A DNA stretch of 64,000 nucleotides from Balanoglossus misakiensis. Taxonomy: Eukaryota; Animalia; Hemichordata. Below, piece by piece: positions 38,001 to 51,918 of this stretch. The translations under genes and the position numbers were made by a program. Each line of letters opens with the position of its first letter. The stretch's first letter is position 1. The notes under the pieces were generated by a model. The model searched no databases. It was given only the letters and a program-made list of their open reading frames with translations, and was not told the origin of the DNA. The stretch covers positions 8,602,844 to 8,666,843 of the forward strand of contig CM082588.2 in assembly GCA_040954595.2 (NCBI GenBank). The letters are read 5' to 3'.

Positions 38001-41000
38001 ATCCTGAGAATACTACAACATTCCAAGAAAACACAAATGCCAGAAGATGGAGAATTTGACATATACACAAAGAAACATTTAATGCAAACCTGTTCATAGC
38101 AATGGCAAGTGAAGTATGGGCTTCCAATGAAATACTACCAAAACTCATGGCACCAGTGGCAAACCTTTTCACAATACTGGCAGCTGATTCCACTTGTGAC
38201 AAATCTAATGGATCTTCAATTGTCTTCACATCAAGCTGACCTCGAAGTGAACAATACTTGAGCTGCAATAGAAAACAAAGAGTCATTCCTAGGTTATGAT
38301 GGAATCGGTACATATATCATTTCATTGTTTATAACAAGTTTGATAAAAAAACAGCATCAAGAATTTAGTACATACTAGAAGAGTGCCATACCAGAATGGT
38401 ATCAGTTATAAATCCGGGTTACATGTGATTCATGTTCAACACACACCCACTCTGCAATGGATATATAGTGAATCAACGTTCAATCACACACAACTTCTAT
38501 CCCGTTTGTAGGATATGAGAAAAATTCTCGCCAAAATGGTAGAGATTGATTATTCATTTTGGCGCGTTTTTCACTTTCATGTCTACAAGTGGGATGGAAG
38601 GACTTACATGTAGGTGTGTGTGGTCGAACGTTGATTGACTATATATCCACATGTAGAATAACATAAACGGTGTCTTGTATCAAACATAATTAATGGAAAA
38701 GAGGGCAGCGAGAGAGAGAGATTTTGTCTCTTTAATATGGTGTCAGTCCTGTAATTCTAACATTTCCGGGTCCATGTACCGGTACTTTGTGTATATTATT
38801 GTATGTGTATATCTTACAACAGAGAGTGGATTGTGCATTTTTGAATCCTAAAATGAAGTTGTCTTGACTTACACTTTCCAAGGCATTTTCTAAAAACTTG
38901 TCATAAGCACCCTTGCTCTTTGTTCTTGCTGCGTCTTGTATATTAGCAATGCTTTCTGGGTCATTGATATGCTTCTCACCCCCGCTACGCCAATGGTAGT
39001 TTCCTGGATTTAGGATAATCTGATTATCACAACTTCTTTCTGCATACGCTATAAAATGACGTTGTAAAGCCTGAAATACAGAAAGAGGTGTTGATGAAAG
39101 TCTCTACTGGATTAAAACCTATGCCACCAGTTGTATTATATTCATGATTTCTTTTTGTTCGAACTCACACTGGCCTATTGATTACCTTAGCGATGGGTAT
39201 ACACAAACATAACATCAAGCTCTGGTTGTACAGTACTTAAATAAATATGAACATGTTAAATGATAACTGGGTGTCACACCCATTTATTCAGTCACCCATT
39301 TCGGGAGTATACACCATGGTCTGTGCACACACACATTAGAATCTTCTGGAGGTGAAAGGGTTAAATCAACTCCAGAAGACACACAATATTTCCCAAGTTC
39401 CATAATATGCCTTTTCCATAAAGAGGGCTTCCTCCCAAAATATGGTGTCATCTCCAAGCAAACGATGCCAAAACGAGGCCAGTAAGCCATGTGGCTTACT
39501 GGCCTCGTTTTCGCGTCATCTTGGAAGGGCGCCCTCTTTAGGAAAAGGGCATATTGAAGAAAGATACTTAGATAGCAAGGAGAAAGAAAGATTTGAGACT
39601 TTTCTCGTTTGAGCGTAAATGGAAAACAGAGTGTCATGTGCATTGATGGCAGACTTCAACATACCTCTTCAGCGAGCACTTCAAATGTGACACCACCAAT
39701 CCTAGAAGCGGTTCCAATGAAACACTTGGCAATGACCTCTTCACCAAGACCAACTGCTTCAAATATTTGAGCGCCCTTCAAATCAAGCACAACGACAAAT
39801 TAATCATTGGTGGAAGAGATTTAAGGGAACTTGTGAGGTTTGCATGGCTATTTTATTTAACAATTCAAAATCTCTGGCTTTACTGGGCCAGTAAACCAAT
39901 CAGAAGGTGCCTTAAAGAGAACAATAGGTATCTTCCAATTGCAGTTGACGTTCATGCAATCTGATTGGCCTGGCTGCAATAGGAAGTTGAACGGAGCTCC
40001 TATGGGAGTTGGTCAGATGTAGTGTGAGGCAACAGCATATGGATACTGTACCACGCAAGTAAAAGATGTCACTGTATCTGATTTTAGTCAAGATTGAATC
40101 CAGGTACTATAACACAAGTTATTATTGTAAACTAGTGACAAAATTGGTCTTTGGGAATTCAGAGTACATGTCTATCCAGGGGTCAGTCCAAATTACCTTG
40201 TAACTCTGCAAGGTGGATATCCCCATCTTCGCCATAACCTTAGAGATCCCAATCTCAGCTGCTTTGATGTAATTGTCAGAAATTTCCTCATCAGAGAGTG
40301 GGGGATCAAGCAGTCCGTGTTGCCGTAGCGATGCGATACTTTCAAAGACGAGATACGGACAGATAGCATCAGCTCCATAGCCGAGTGTAACGCATAGATG
40401 ATGGACCTCACGGATTTCTCCTGTCTCCACTATAAGTCCGACCCTCATACGAAGTCTTTCTTTGATCAGATGATGATGTACTCCACCGACTGCCATCAGA
40501 GCACTGAAAGAAGACGGACATGATCATTTAAGGATGTACGCGCAGAACATAAACCTGTAATAACAACAGAAGTGAGTTTTCTAGCTATTCTCAATGTACT
40601 GGGTAGTCAAATGGGAAGAGACAAATAGAGCTGCCAAATTTCACATATTTTCCACAATAAAATACTCTATCCCCTATCCTCTAAAATCCTCATCATTAAG
40701 CCATATTACTTGCATTTGCATCAGTTTGTCATCTCTTGACGACGCATACCATGATAGCTGCGTACTGTTTGTATGGAGGCTGATTAAATGGGAACGGCAC
40801 CTTTTAATACATGGTGTGTTCAAATTGCAACATACAGCCACAATCAGGCGTCGGTGAGATGTTCATGTATACCTATCAGTAAGTTTATTTAAATAGACCA
40901 ATTTAAGTTTGAAAATAAAATTATGCAAATAAGTGGCAGCTCTAGAGGCTTTAAATGAGTGCAAATTTTCAAAATGAAGTGTTTGAAGAAAGTTCCAATG

Positions 41001-44000
41001 GACAGCATCAGTATGTTGTCCACATTACCTAACAGGAAGTCTATGTTGTCCAGCATTTCTATCAGATAAAACAATCAAGGTATGGCCTTCAGCTGCGGCT
41101 TTGGAAGCTTCCTCAGAAATTCTATCCAATGCCAACACTAATCCGGCTGTACCATCTTCTATTGGATAACTGATGTCAATGACTTTAGTCTGAAATGAAA
41201 CATATTACTCATCAAAGTTTTTCCGAGTATGTTTTTACTTTAGGACCCCACCAGACACGTAACATGTATCAGGTATGGTGTCTCATCAGCCTTAGGCCAA
41301 AAAATTAAAGCCCCAGTATTTCTCGTGTGCATCCATTTTTCATCATCGAAAAAAGCCCGTTTTTCCAGTACATCCATCATGGAATACTATATAATGAAGA
41401 TGTAAGAAAGGTTTGGGCAATTGTAGCTACATGCAAGCCGAAAAGATCGCCCGTAACACTTGAAATGATGCGCGGGTTTGTTTACAACGGAAATGTTGTA
41501 CATGTCGATCAGCAAACGTGCCACTTTGACATTTTGATGGTCAGACCATTTTCGGATTTGATCTGGTTCCATCGACTGATTTCTCCCATAAAGTTATCTT
41601 CCCAAAATTTCGCCGAATTAGTGCGCATTTCTTCGCTGAGTCGCTTGATTTGGGGCAACCAAACCTCTTCCGCATAGATTCACATTTGAGTGCGCATGCG
41701 CACTAGTCACGTGTGTCAACATTAGCCTGACTCACGTGACTTTCTGTCCGGACAGAAAGTCATTCTTCACTCGTTATATTGTAAATTGTATGAGTTTATC
41801 AGCAGAGCTGGGGATGATGACTGTTCGATTCAGTATCAATTATCATCTACTTTTAGAAATTATAGATGCTGTTTCAAACAAAATTTTGCCCCTACGAGAA
41901 ATACTGTGGCTTTAATATATGCTGTACCAGTTACATGGTTTTCAAAAATAGGGTAGGTAGGTAGGGAAATTTTTTTATTTTGAATTTTTTTATTTATCTG
42001 GCCGCCGTAGTGTAGAAGAATGACGTCAAAGTTTTTGCGTGATTCGCACAATTTTCATAAATTTTGTATATTTGACATTGTTTTTTATACTTCCGGTTTA
42101 GGAAGCTCTAAAAAGTTAGGGTCGGCAGGTGAAAATTAGGGTAGGTCGGGTAATTGGAACAGCACATATTTTTTTTTTTTGGTGCCTCATGGCGTTTCGT
42201 CTGCACAGTATTTGTCTGCACCACGTTGCCTGTCAGCTGTTAATTTGAATGCCAACTTAACTGCGCCTGAGCGCGTCTGACACCATTTGATATCAAAGAA
42301 TATTTACCCGCAATGTTTTTGAATCAGGACTACCAATACTCCACTCTTATCTTACCTTCCATCCTTTGTACGTTGTGGCTTTTAGAACTTCCATATCATT
42401 CAATGTCAACACTGGTTGCTGTAGAAACAACCGTCGACATTGTTGGGCGCTGGGTTCCAATATATTATCCTCAGGGCCAACTGGACATGCCTGCGTGAAA
42501 AAATAAATGAGCCATTAAATTAAAAATATATAAAAATCTTGGCGTACGGCATATCCATCTAGAACAAAAGAATTAAAGGACACTTGCAGTTGTTAAGTTT
42601 TGTCTTTACTGAAAATTTAGATTTTGATTTTGTTGTGTGCAAATGTGAAGACATGTTAAGTCAATAGGTTTAGCAATCTTTGACAATGAACTTTTTAAGA
42701 TTGAACATGCTTTGGGACAGATTTTTAGAGTCTTTGCTTTAATTTAAGTGAGTGAGGAGTCTCTTTGAATAGCCTGGTGTTTACCATCTTGTTTTCATGA
42801 AAATCACTTAAAATTTTCTTCAAAGTTTTAAAGGCCCATGAGCTACAACTAGATAAAAAAACTTAGAGCTATAAATACTTTCAGAAATTCATTTTCAAAG
42901 ACCTTGATCCATAAAAGTTTAAAATTATAATAGATTTTTCCAATTAAAGATATAAATTCTACACTTTTGTAAGGACATTATCAAACTAATATATACTGAC
43001 CAATGACATGACAATCTTTTCTCTGAAGGGATCAATAGGTGGGTTGGTCACTTGTGCAAACAGCTGTTTGAAATATTCATACATCAATGGATTTCTGGTT
43101 GACAGGCATGCAAGTGGTGCATCATTCCCCATGGATCCCAGGGCCTCCTTCCTGTAGAAACAGAAAATAAACCACACATCAAACAAAAATTGTATATACA
43201 GTAATAAATATTTGAATGTTATTCCAATATTTGCATTATCAAACTGTTCCACATCACATCGATTAAACTCATACAAAATCATGTATTGCATTTTAACATG
43301 TATACCATGTGTTTGCCTGAACTATCCCCTGCCAGTAACAACAGCACAACCTTAAAGGCACAAGTCTCTCTCTCGCTGCCCTTTTTTCCATTAATTATGT
43401 TTGACACCCTGTATGTTATTCTACATGTGGATATATAGTGAATCAATGTTCAACCATACACACCTTCCATCCCACAATATAGACACAATATTGCCAAAAT
43501 GAATAATCAGTCCTTACCGTTTATTCATTTGGGTGAGTTTTTACTTTCATATCCTACAAGCAGGATGGAAGTTGTATGTGGTCGAACGTTGATTCACTAT
43601 ATATCCACATGTACATTAACATAAATGGTGTCTTGTATCAAAAGTAATTAATGGAAAATGGGCAGTGAGAGAGACTTTGTCCCTTTAATCATACCTGTTC
43701 TTAATCATTGGTAAAACCAGCATATTGATATGCTCCACAGTGTACCCAAACATAGCCAGACGATGATCTTTGTCAATAGACAGGTAATTATCAACTGCAG
43801 TGGCACCATTGACCATTGTGTTCCTGTGAGCTGCTCGAAGATCCTCCAACGTTATCTGGTCAGTGAAAATCAAGTTTGTGGATGAAAAACAAAGCCACTG
43901 TAACCGATTTTGTCAGTGTAGTGCATTTTCAGACACATTTATAGAAGAATGACTGTACTGAGGAACAAGTCTGAAAACAATATTTGCTGTTTTTCTAACA

Positions 44001-46446
44001 TGATTGGATAGCATGATAGCATGCAAGATGTGCATTGACAACTTGTACATGATTTTCCTGTGAGCACAAGCATAGATTTTATGTCCTGATAAAATCAACA
44101 AACTGATGATGGAAACGACAGTTTTGATGCTGAAAACAATAGCAAAGAGATGCCTTCCTTTTTGGCTTCTTTTTGACAATACTACGGCCCCACATCAAGG
44201 GTGTCTGCCATCTACTATCATGTGTACAAGTATTCTACTAACGACAGTGTTTTTGCTAAGACCTGGGAACAGTGGTAATTCTTGAACCCAAGTAAAAATT
44301 CTGCAACCTACTTATATGACTCCAATGATATACCTGGAGGAACCCAGGTAAAATGACTGGGGAACCCTGGTAACATTTATCTGGGTACCACCCTCAACAG
44401 AAATACTGGACGTGCAGATACATGGCATGACTCCAACAAAAGTTGGCAGTCTCTGAAGTTATTTTCACAGGCAGTGTTTGTATACCTGTTCTTGAAGCCA
44501 TTGATTAACTGGTCTTAGAGTGGCAACGTTCGTCTTGAGCTCTTCATCGTTGATGACAGATCCTAGCTTCGTATCCACCAACAGCATTCGGCCAGGTTGA
44601 AGACGACCCTATAGAGAATATCAATGGAAAGTGATCAATAGAGATGTATATATTTCAGCCAGTCTGCAGACAATTATAATAATAATAGTTTATTCAGATA
44701 CAACACCCGGGTGATTACTCCGGCCAATCAGTTGTGTGTTGCGTGAGGTGATTGACTTGAACGACATCAGAGTCAAGACCATGTGGTGACCTCATTGCTG
44801 TGACATCGCATTTTGAGTTCTATTGACATGCAGATCTTCAAAATGGAAGATAGTTGACTGTGTGGCCAGGCCCTTGTGTGTGTGAGTCTATCTAAAACAC
44901 GCTGGTTATGGAGACCAGACTAATGTAAAATATACATGTCTCTCCCACTGACCTTTTTCAGGACACTGCTATTTTCAATATCAACAACACCGACTTCACT
45001 AGCCATATACATCTGCCCAGTCTTGGTGATGTAGAACCGCGATGGACGTAAACCATTCCGATCCAAGATGGCACCAATGTAACGTCCATCAGTAAATGTA
45101 AACAAAGCTGTGGATTTGAAGGATTAAGACATTTCAGTACATGTACAACAGACAAGGACAAACCAATGCCACTCTGGCATGGGACGAATGTAATATCTTC
45201 AACATGTGAGTGACATCATTTTGTCTTGAGGGGCACTGATCCCCCCTTGACAAATTTCTAAGGGGTTCCAACATGTCAACAGGGGGTAAGTCCCCCCACC
45301 CCACCCCACTCCATTAATTATGTTTGATACAAGACATCGTTTATGTTATTCTACATGTGGATATATAGTGAATCAACGTTTGACCACACACTTCCATCCC
45401 AAAATGAATAATCGGTCTCTACCGTTTATTCATTTTGGCGAGATTTTTACTCTCATATCATACAAAGAGGATGGAAGTTGTGTGTGGTCGAACATGTTCA
45501 TTCACTACATATATACATGTACATTAACATAAACGGTGTCTTGTACCTAACATAATGAATGGAAAAAGGGCAGCGAGAGAGAGACTTTGTCCCTTTAATG
45601 TATACCTGGTCCATCCCAGGGTTCCATGGCAAAAGCACTCCATTTATAGAACGCCCTCTTCTCTTCCGACATCAGTTCATCTTTCTGCCACGCCTCTGGT
45701 ACCATGGTAATCATTGCCTACAAACAAAAACAGAGTTTCAATATCCATCAGTGATAACAGTGTGCCTTCTATCAGACAAAAGTTTTCAAAGCTGTGAGTC
45801 AATTTAAGGTTTTCTAGAAATTTCTCCGAGTCAGCCCTGTACCTTTGCGTGTATTGTGGGTAATTTTCTTGAGTCACCAGTGAGTTTGTTGAGTCAGTGA
45901 TGCATCATATGGGCTTAGAGGCCATTTCTCATTTTTATGCTCAATGAAAATGCGTAATAAAATATAGGGGTCACAAGGCTTGTTTTCGAAATACAAGGCC
46001 GTGAATTTAGTCAATAATTGAAGAAAACTGCTGAGTCTGTGGGCAAAATATTTAGCGAAATTTATCTCAATATTGAGTGTGGTGACCATGGGATTTTATT
46101 TGACTGATGAATTTAGGGTAGGTCAGGCAATGGGAACAGCACATATTTTTTTATTTGGCCTAATGCAAATACAAACCTCTGGCAGGGATCTTCCTCCAGC
46201 ATTGATGAGGAATTCCAAGACACAATCTACACTTCCAGAATCAGATAAGCCTTCTTCGACCACCGGATAAAGTTTCCTCAAATCTTCACCAAACTTCTTA
46301 CTCTTCATAACACCTTCTCTGGCGCTCATTAAGTTCACATTTCCTCTCAAAGTGTTGATCTCTCCATTGTGTGCTAGGTATCTGGTTGGAAATTATTATT
46401 ATTATTGTTGTGGTTGTTTTTGTTGTCATGGTGGTGGTGGTTGTGG

Positions 46447-46495
<49 letters not shown>

Positions 46496-49400
46496 TATGA
46501 TAATGATAATGATGATGATGATGATGATGAATATGATAATGATAATGATGATGATGAATATGATGATGATGATGATGATGATGATGAATATGATAATGAT
46601 GATGATGATGATGGTGATGGTGATGATGATGAAGATTCACTTTTCAAACTTTTAGCTGACAACACTTCCATCATAACACAATAAAAGATCTCTCTACCAA
46701 ATCTCATCTTTGAACTTGAAGTTTTTATGCCAAAAATCTCTGGTTTAAAAAAAAATGTAAAATGTAAACTTATGTACAGGTAGTATAGGCTAACTGCTCA
46801 CACACTTTCCTATGATTTCCCAGTTTTCTATAGTATACCTTTCATATCCAAAGGATTTACCTGTTTGGATGTGCCCTTTCCCAACTTGGAAATGTGTTTG
46901 TTGAGAATCTACTGTGAACCAATGACAGATGAGTTTGAAATGCTGGGTTTTTCAAATCCTCAAAGTATTTCCAGAGTTGCGACGTTGTCAGTAATCCCTG
47001 ATTATAAAAAAATACACACCGGCTTATTTTTTTACCATTATTCATTTGAACATAGTCAGATGTACATGAATGTATACAAAACACATTCCGAACTAATTTC
47101 GGAATTCCGGATACATTTTCAGAATTTCCTTTTAATTTTAAATCTTCTCCAACAGACATAAGTGTTGCCATAACCTTGATGCAACTGTATCATAATTTGT
47201 CTTTTAAGTTTATTCACACCCAAAAACAGTCATTTCCAGGAAAAATTTCATATATTTTCTCCAAAAAATCAGCTGAACATTTTTGTTCAAAGGAAATGTT
47301 CAGCTGATTTTTTTCATTTATTGGTGACATCTGTGAAAAAAATCAGCTGAATTTTTTCTCAGAGTTTTGTTTTTCCTCCAAAATTCAACTGAATTTTACA
47401 CTGATCACACACTTTTGGAGAGGGGTGGCGCAAATTATAGGGATGTTACAAACAAAAATCTCATGTCACATCTATAAACCTCCAATTAATATTCCTTCAC
47501 CAATATTAAATGTTTGCAAATATGGATTGGTCTTATTTTCGGAATTCCAAAATTAGTTTTGAATGCATTATAAATAAAATGCAACTCAGCAATTGAGTTA
47601 GAAATAACATTCTATATTTGGTGCTGAAATATTACCATGTAGACAATGTAGCCAAGATGAATCTTGAGCAAATAATTTGCTGTTAAGTACCCGACACGCA
47701 TACGCACTATTTTCAGTTCTATCTGTCTTCCAAATATGGTCAATTTCAATCACGGAGCTGGCTACAGTCATTACACAAACCAGATTACATGAATTAACTT
47801 TAATGTGTTTTTAAATCTATATTGAAAAGAAAGTCAATTCCCAGGTTGAAAATTTAACAAATAAATCGGATTTTAATGGCATGACGTAGTTTGATGACGA
47901 CAATGCATACTGAATAGTTTTACATAATCATATTCAGAATCTCAATGATTGGGTTAGTTCCGCTAGAAATTTGCATAATTATATTCAGCGTTGTAATTAC
48001 AATGTTAATGGGGTATAACAAGTTTACATCCTACATATTGCGGTGATCTGATCCACTATTCTAATCTCAGTGGCCAATAGTTTTATTGCAGGGCTTATCA
48101 CAGATTACTCTGGTCACTTTCCTGATTATAGTAGCATTAATCAAATCGCTAAGGTAAAGCAAACTAAGATGTCGGCTAGTGACTTTTTGTAGGAGTCTAA
48201 ATGTAGAATTTTGAATAAAAAAAATTATCGCTCGCGATTCCAATTTACAGTATTTCTACAAAACATAATATATATGCTGGGTGATGTCTCTCTGCTTTGG
48301 TCATCTAAACAAGAAAAGATCTTGAATAGGTTAATAGAGTTCAATTCCTATCTTTTCTCAACCTACCTTGTATACAATGGTATCCACGGACAGATTGCAA
48401 ATGTAAAAGCGGCAATTCTTGGCTTGGATTTCATGTGTGGCCTGTTTTCTCAGAAAAAACAACTAAAATAAAAAAGAAGGAATTTTAAATATCAGTCATA
48501 AACCCATTTACAAGGCAAAACACTTTACAATGCAATTACTGTAACAACTTAATTGTATGACAAAGTTCACAACACAAAGAAATTCCATTCCTACCTGGTC
48601 TTTAAACTTTTCATCATCATCATCCCCTTGACTGATAACGAAAACTTGTCTCATACAAGGTTCAAACTCCCTAGCCAATCGGCCAATACAACTGTTATCA
48701 GTAGGAACAGTCCTCCAATGTAACACCTAAAATCACCAAAAGATGAAAAAAAGCCAAGAATATACATTAGTCAATATTTTACTGCAAATATCATGGTAAC
48801 TGTATTGCTGACTGTTCTGCTTGTACTCTGTGTATACAGGTTTGTAAAATTACAGGATTTATAAACACCATGACTTTCAGAGGAATTCTTCTAATGAGTT
48901 TATAGTTTCTGTGAAAATGCCATTTTCTAGGAATGGTATAATGTGTCATACACATGTCGCACAATCTCCTTACTACAATTTAAAAGTCTTTGTTTTAAAC
49001 CAAAAATTTGCCTTCTAAGCAAGGTATCAAAGTTAGCAATTCTGTTAGATACAAACATGAACCACAAACTGCTGCGTCTTTCATATCCCAATAAGATGTA
49101 TGCAAGGCAGAAGAGGAAATTTTGGGGAATTATAAAATGTTTTCACCCAGACATAAATAACTTACTTTTAAGTGACATTGCAAGGCAAGGTTTTCAAACA
49201 TCTGCTGGCATTGAGTGGCAGTCTCCTTATCTAGGAATGTAATTCCAGTTGCATACTTCCCAGCCGGAGGAAGGATCACACCATGTTTCCTGAATAGAGC
49301 GACAAAATCAACTCTGTCAGCCTTGGAAGATTAAAACAGCCATGATCGAATCCGTTCACGTATTTCCATATCCTCCTCTCAATCGACACACTTTTCATGT

Positions 49401-51545
49401 TTGGAAAAACACCCATCATCAATTTTCAATATCACTTGCAAATGAACTGCCTGTACATGAAATAAAATCATATCTAATCTCTACCAACACAAGCTTTTTC
49501 TCTTAGAAATTTTGAAAGTTAACATTGATTTTACCTATTAAAAGGACAAAGTCTCTGTCTTGCTGCCCTTTTTCCATTTATTATGTTTGATACAATACAC
49601 TGTTTATTTTATTCTACATGTGGATATAAAGTGAATCAACATTCGACCAGACACACCTTCCATCCCGCTTGTAGACACCAGAGTGAAACAACTCGCCAAA
49701 ATGAATAATCGGTCTCTACTATTTATTCATTTTGGCAAGATTTTTGCTCTTATATCCTACAAACGGGATGGAAGTTGTGTGTAGTTGAACGTTGATTCAC
49801 TATATATCCACATGTAGAATAACATAAACAGTGTCTTGTATCAAGCATAATTAATGAAAAAAAGGCAGCGAGAGAAACATTCTGTCCCTTTAAAGAACTT
49901 AGATCAGCCAAGTATATAACAAATACTACCTGAGATCTTCAGCATAGAGTTCATGAGGAATGCCAGTCAAAACACCAGCACCATCACCAGTATCATCATC
50001 ACATCCACATGCTCCTCTGTGTTGCATTCTCTCTAACATCACTTGGGAATCTTGCAAAACCTGAAAAAATTATTAAGGATGTACGAATCGATCAGGAAAA
50101 TCGAAAGCATTGTCTTTTTTTTTTTTTACATGTTTGTGGATTTTTGGTTTCTCTTTTGTAAGCATTATAAAAATCTGTCATAAAATATAGGGGGTCACTG
50201 TAAAATTGAAAGTATTATAATTTCTTTTAATTGTGGATTTTGGGGTTCTTCTTTGTAAGCATAATAAAACTTTGTAATAAAATATAGGGTCACACACTCT
50301 TGTTTTTGAAATAAAAGGTGGCTGGCCGTGAATTTAGTCAATAATTGAAGAAAACTGCTGAGTCAGCATTTTCCACCAATGGTTTGTCTGCTGGCAAACC
50401 ATTAAAAAAGTTTATCTCAAAACTAAGGATATACATATATTTCAAACTTGATAAAGTGAAATCCATTCATCTCCTGTATTCCTTATCTATTCATTGAAAA
50501 AAAAATCACAATTGAATAGAAATTTAGCTCACAAATGAGATCATGACAGTTTAACGTGGCGAATCCTCAATCTCATCCAAGTAAAACTAGGATAAAGTTT
50601 ATAAAAACAGATGAACGCAAGACATGATGTCTCAATTCAATGGTCTTCAATCACATATTCCTGATATGCTTCAATGAGTGAAGCACTAAAAAAGAAATCC
50701 CCAATATAAAACTCTTCCTGATTTTTATCAATTGGTAATTCATCCAAATCAGTAATTTAACTTACTGAGGTGTTAAAGTCCACGAATAATTACACTGAGT
50801 AAAAATAGTGTCAAGGACACAGTCACTGTGGTGCTGTTTTATCAGAATTTTCGAATGAAAATACATGATACATACCAGTCAAATAGTTCGACTCATATCA
50901 AACAGGCACTTTCTGAAGAATTGGGTTTTGACCAAAATCATTAAAAAAGTCTCCCTTAATATTGATATTTTCACTATAACTTTGGCACATTATAATGAGA
51001 ACCCTTCATATAAGGGGAGAACCATTTGATTTCTGGGAGGGTGTGATTTGAGTATGTCAGCATTTTTTTCAGCCATTGTTATAGAAAACGTTTTATTCAA
51101 TTTCCAGTCCACCTTTAACCTCAAGACATTGCAGAAGATTTTTCCCCAAGCACTATCTGTCAACAATTTTGTTTTCCAAAAATCCTCCATACCTTCCTCC
51201 CAGAATTCAAATGGTTTTTCCCTTAACCATGATAATTTTGGCACCTAAAAGGTCGCTCCAGATGGTATAGTTGTATTATTGAGAAGAGTCTATATATACA
51301 ACTGCAATTTTGCAGGGTTAATATGTGAACTGTTCCTCTATGTCCATGTCGTTTGCAAAGTCTAATAAATTGGATATTTGCGTGACTCAATAAAAATGGA
51401 CTTTAAACGTACTTACCTTGTGGTTTCTGGAACCATCAATGTTGACAACAAAACCAACACCACATGCATCCTTTTCATAATATGGGTCATACAGTCCTTG
51501 TTTCTGTGGCAACCCATCTTTTAATTTGAGTGGATAGGTCGCCAT
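25672..51545 (-). CDS. GLT1: Glutamate synthase [NADH] (GOGAT), eukaryotic fused alpha+beta polypeptide, about 2082 aa, 37 coding exons
   Basis: Exons in transcription order: 51545-51417, 50060-49930, 49289-49166, 48726-48595, 48462-48367, 46997-46861, 46381-46177, 45717-45606, 45107-44953, 44608-44486, 43855-43695, 43151-43001, 42490-42356, 41189-41029, 40503-40197, 39775-39665, 39070-38873, 38262-38090, 37689-37476, 36971-36771, 36114-35934, 35597-35464, 35050-34766, 34202-34075, 33612-33474, 32868-32683, 32514-32399, 31895-31718, 31371-31154, 30669-30547, 30165-29988, 29435-29160, 28476-28317, 27809-27646, 27066-26899, 26589-26319, 25859-25672. All GT-AG and phases join; summed length 6249 nt. 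Motifs: [16 protein letters not shown] (Ntn nucleophile Cys), [78 protein letters not shown] (3Fe-4S), CMDCGVPFC...CP and GRVCPAPCE (4Fe-4S), GSGPSG (FAD), GGGDTG (NAD). Confidence 0.97.
27120..27430. repeat. Minisatellite, about 84-bp unit, about 3.5 diverged copies
   Basis: TGACTTGATC-like anchors at 27133, 27218, 27301, 27387. Confidence 0.8.
28565..28908. mobile_element. Kolobok-like family G
   Basis: TTAA AGGTCAATGATCGTCTCATGCGCATG...CATGCGCATCAGACGATCAT..TTAA; diverged copy at about 30743-31032. Confidence 0.75.
37868..37944. mobile_element. piggyBac-like mini element
   Basis: TTAA|CCCTTTCTGGCC...GGCTAGAAAGGG|TTAA, inserted in a family-J-related copy; a similar piggyBac-like end (GAAAGGG TTAA) at about 7090-7180. 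Confidence 0.75.
41305..41915. mobile_element. Kolobok-like family H, nested inside a Harbinger-like MITE
   Basis: TTAA AGCCCCAGTATTTCTCGT...ACGAGAAATACTGTGGCT TTAA. Confidence 0.82.
43352..43688. mobile_element. Kolobok-like family B, full copy
   Basis: TTAA at both ends, same TIR and body as 21790-22143. Confidence 0.85.
46437..46631. repeat. (GAT)n compound microsatellite in a GOGAT intron
   Basis: Direct reading; source of the poly-D/H/M/S ORFs in the track. Confidence 0.95.
49538..49893. mobile_element. Kolobok-like family B, full copy
   Basis: TTAA AAGGACAAAGTCTC...CTGTCCCT TTAA. Confidence 0.85.
51011..51225. mobile_element. MITE with AGGG...CCCT ends
   Basis: TAAGGGGAGAACCATTTGATTTCTGGGAGG...CCTCCCAGAATTCAAATGGTTTTTCCCTTA; related inverted copy at about 11312-11519. 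Confidence 0.7.
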
Positions 51546-51918
51546 GGTTTATGGATAAACTTATCAATGTTCTGTGTTCAATCTGAAAAGATAAAACGTG
51601 GACAACATGAGCGTAACACCCATTTTCAAAAGTTTTGCGAAAATCACAGGAATTGCATCTATTCATTGTTAAATAAATATGCACAAAATAAAGCAATCCC
51701 AGTTGACATTTTGACCACGACTTTTATGAGGCTCAAAACTGAGAAAAGTTTGTGTATGATTGGGTTTTGTTTTGTAGTCGAGGTCAATTAAGGTCAACAA
51801 GCCCTCAAAAGAAGACCGCATAATGTGACCTCCCCCACGCTAAATCAAGGCTAGTAACTGATCGGTGCATCAAACTTTTTTACCACTTTCCCAGACATTT
51901 TGGTTGGACTGTACTTAC

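Noticed and set aside
46352-46707. Poly-Asp, poly-His, poly-Met and poly-Ser ORFs
   Set aside because: Translations of an intronic (GAT)n microsatellite; the GOGAT exons splice cleanly around it.
25672-51545. Bacterial contamination or recent horizontal transfer of gltB/gltD
   Set aside because: 36 spliceosomal introns filled with host repeats and a fused eukaryote-type polypeptide.
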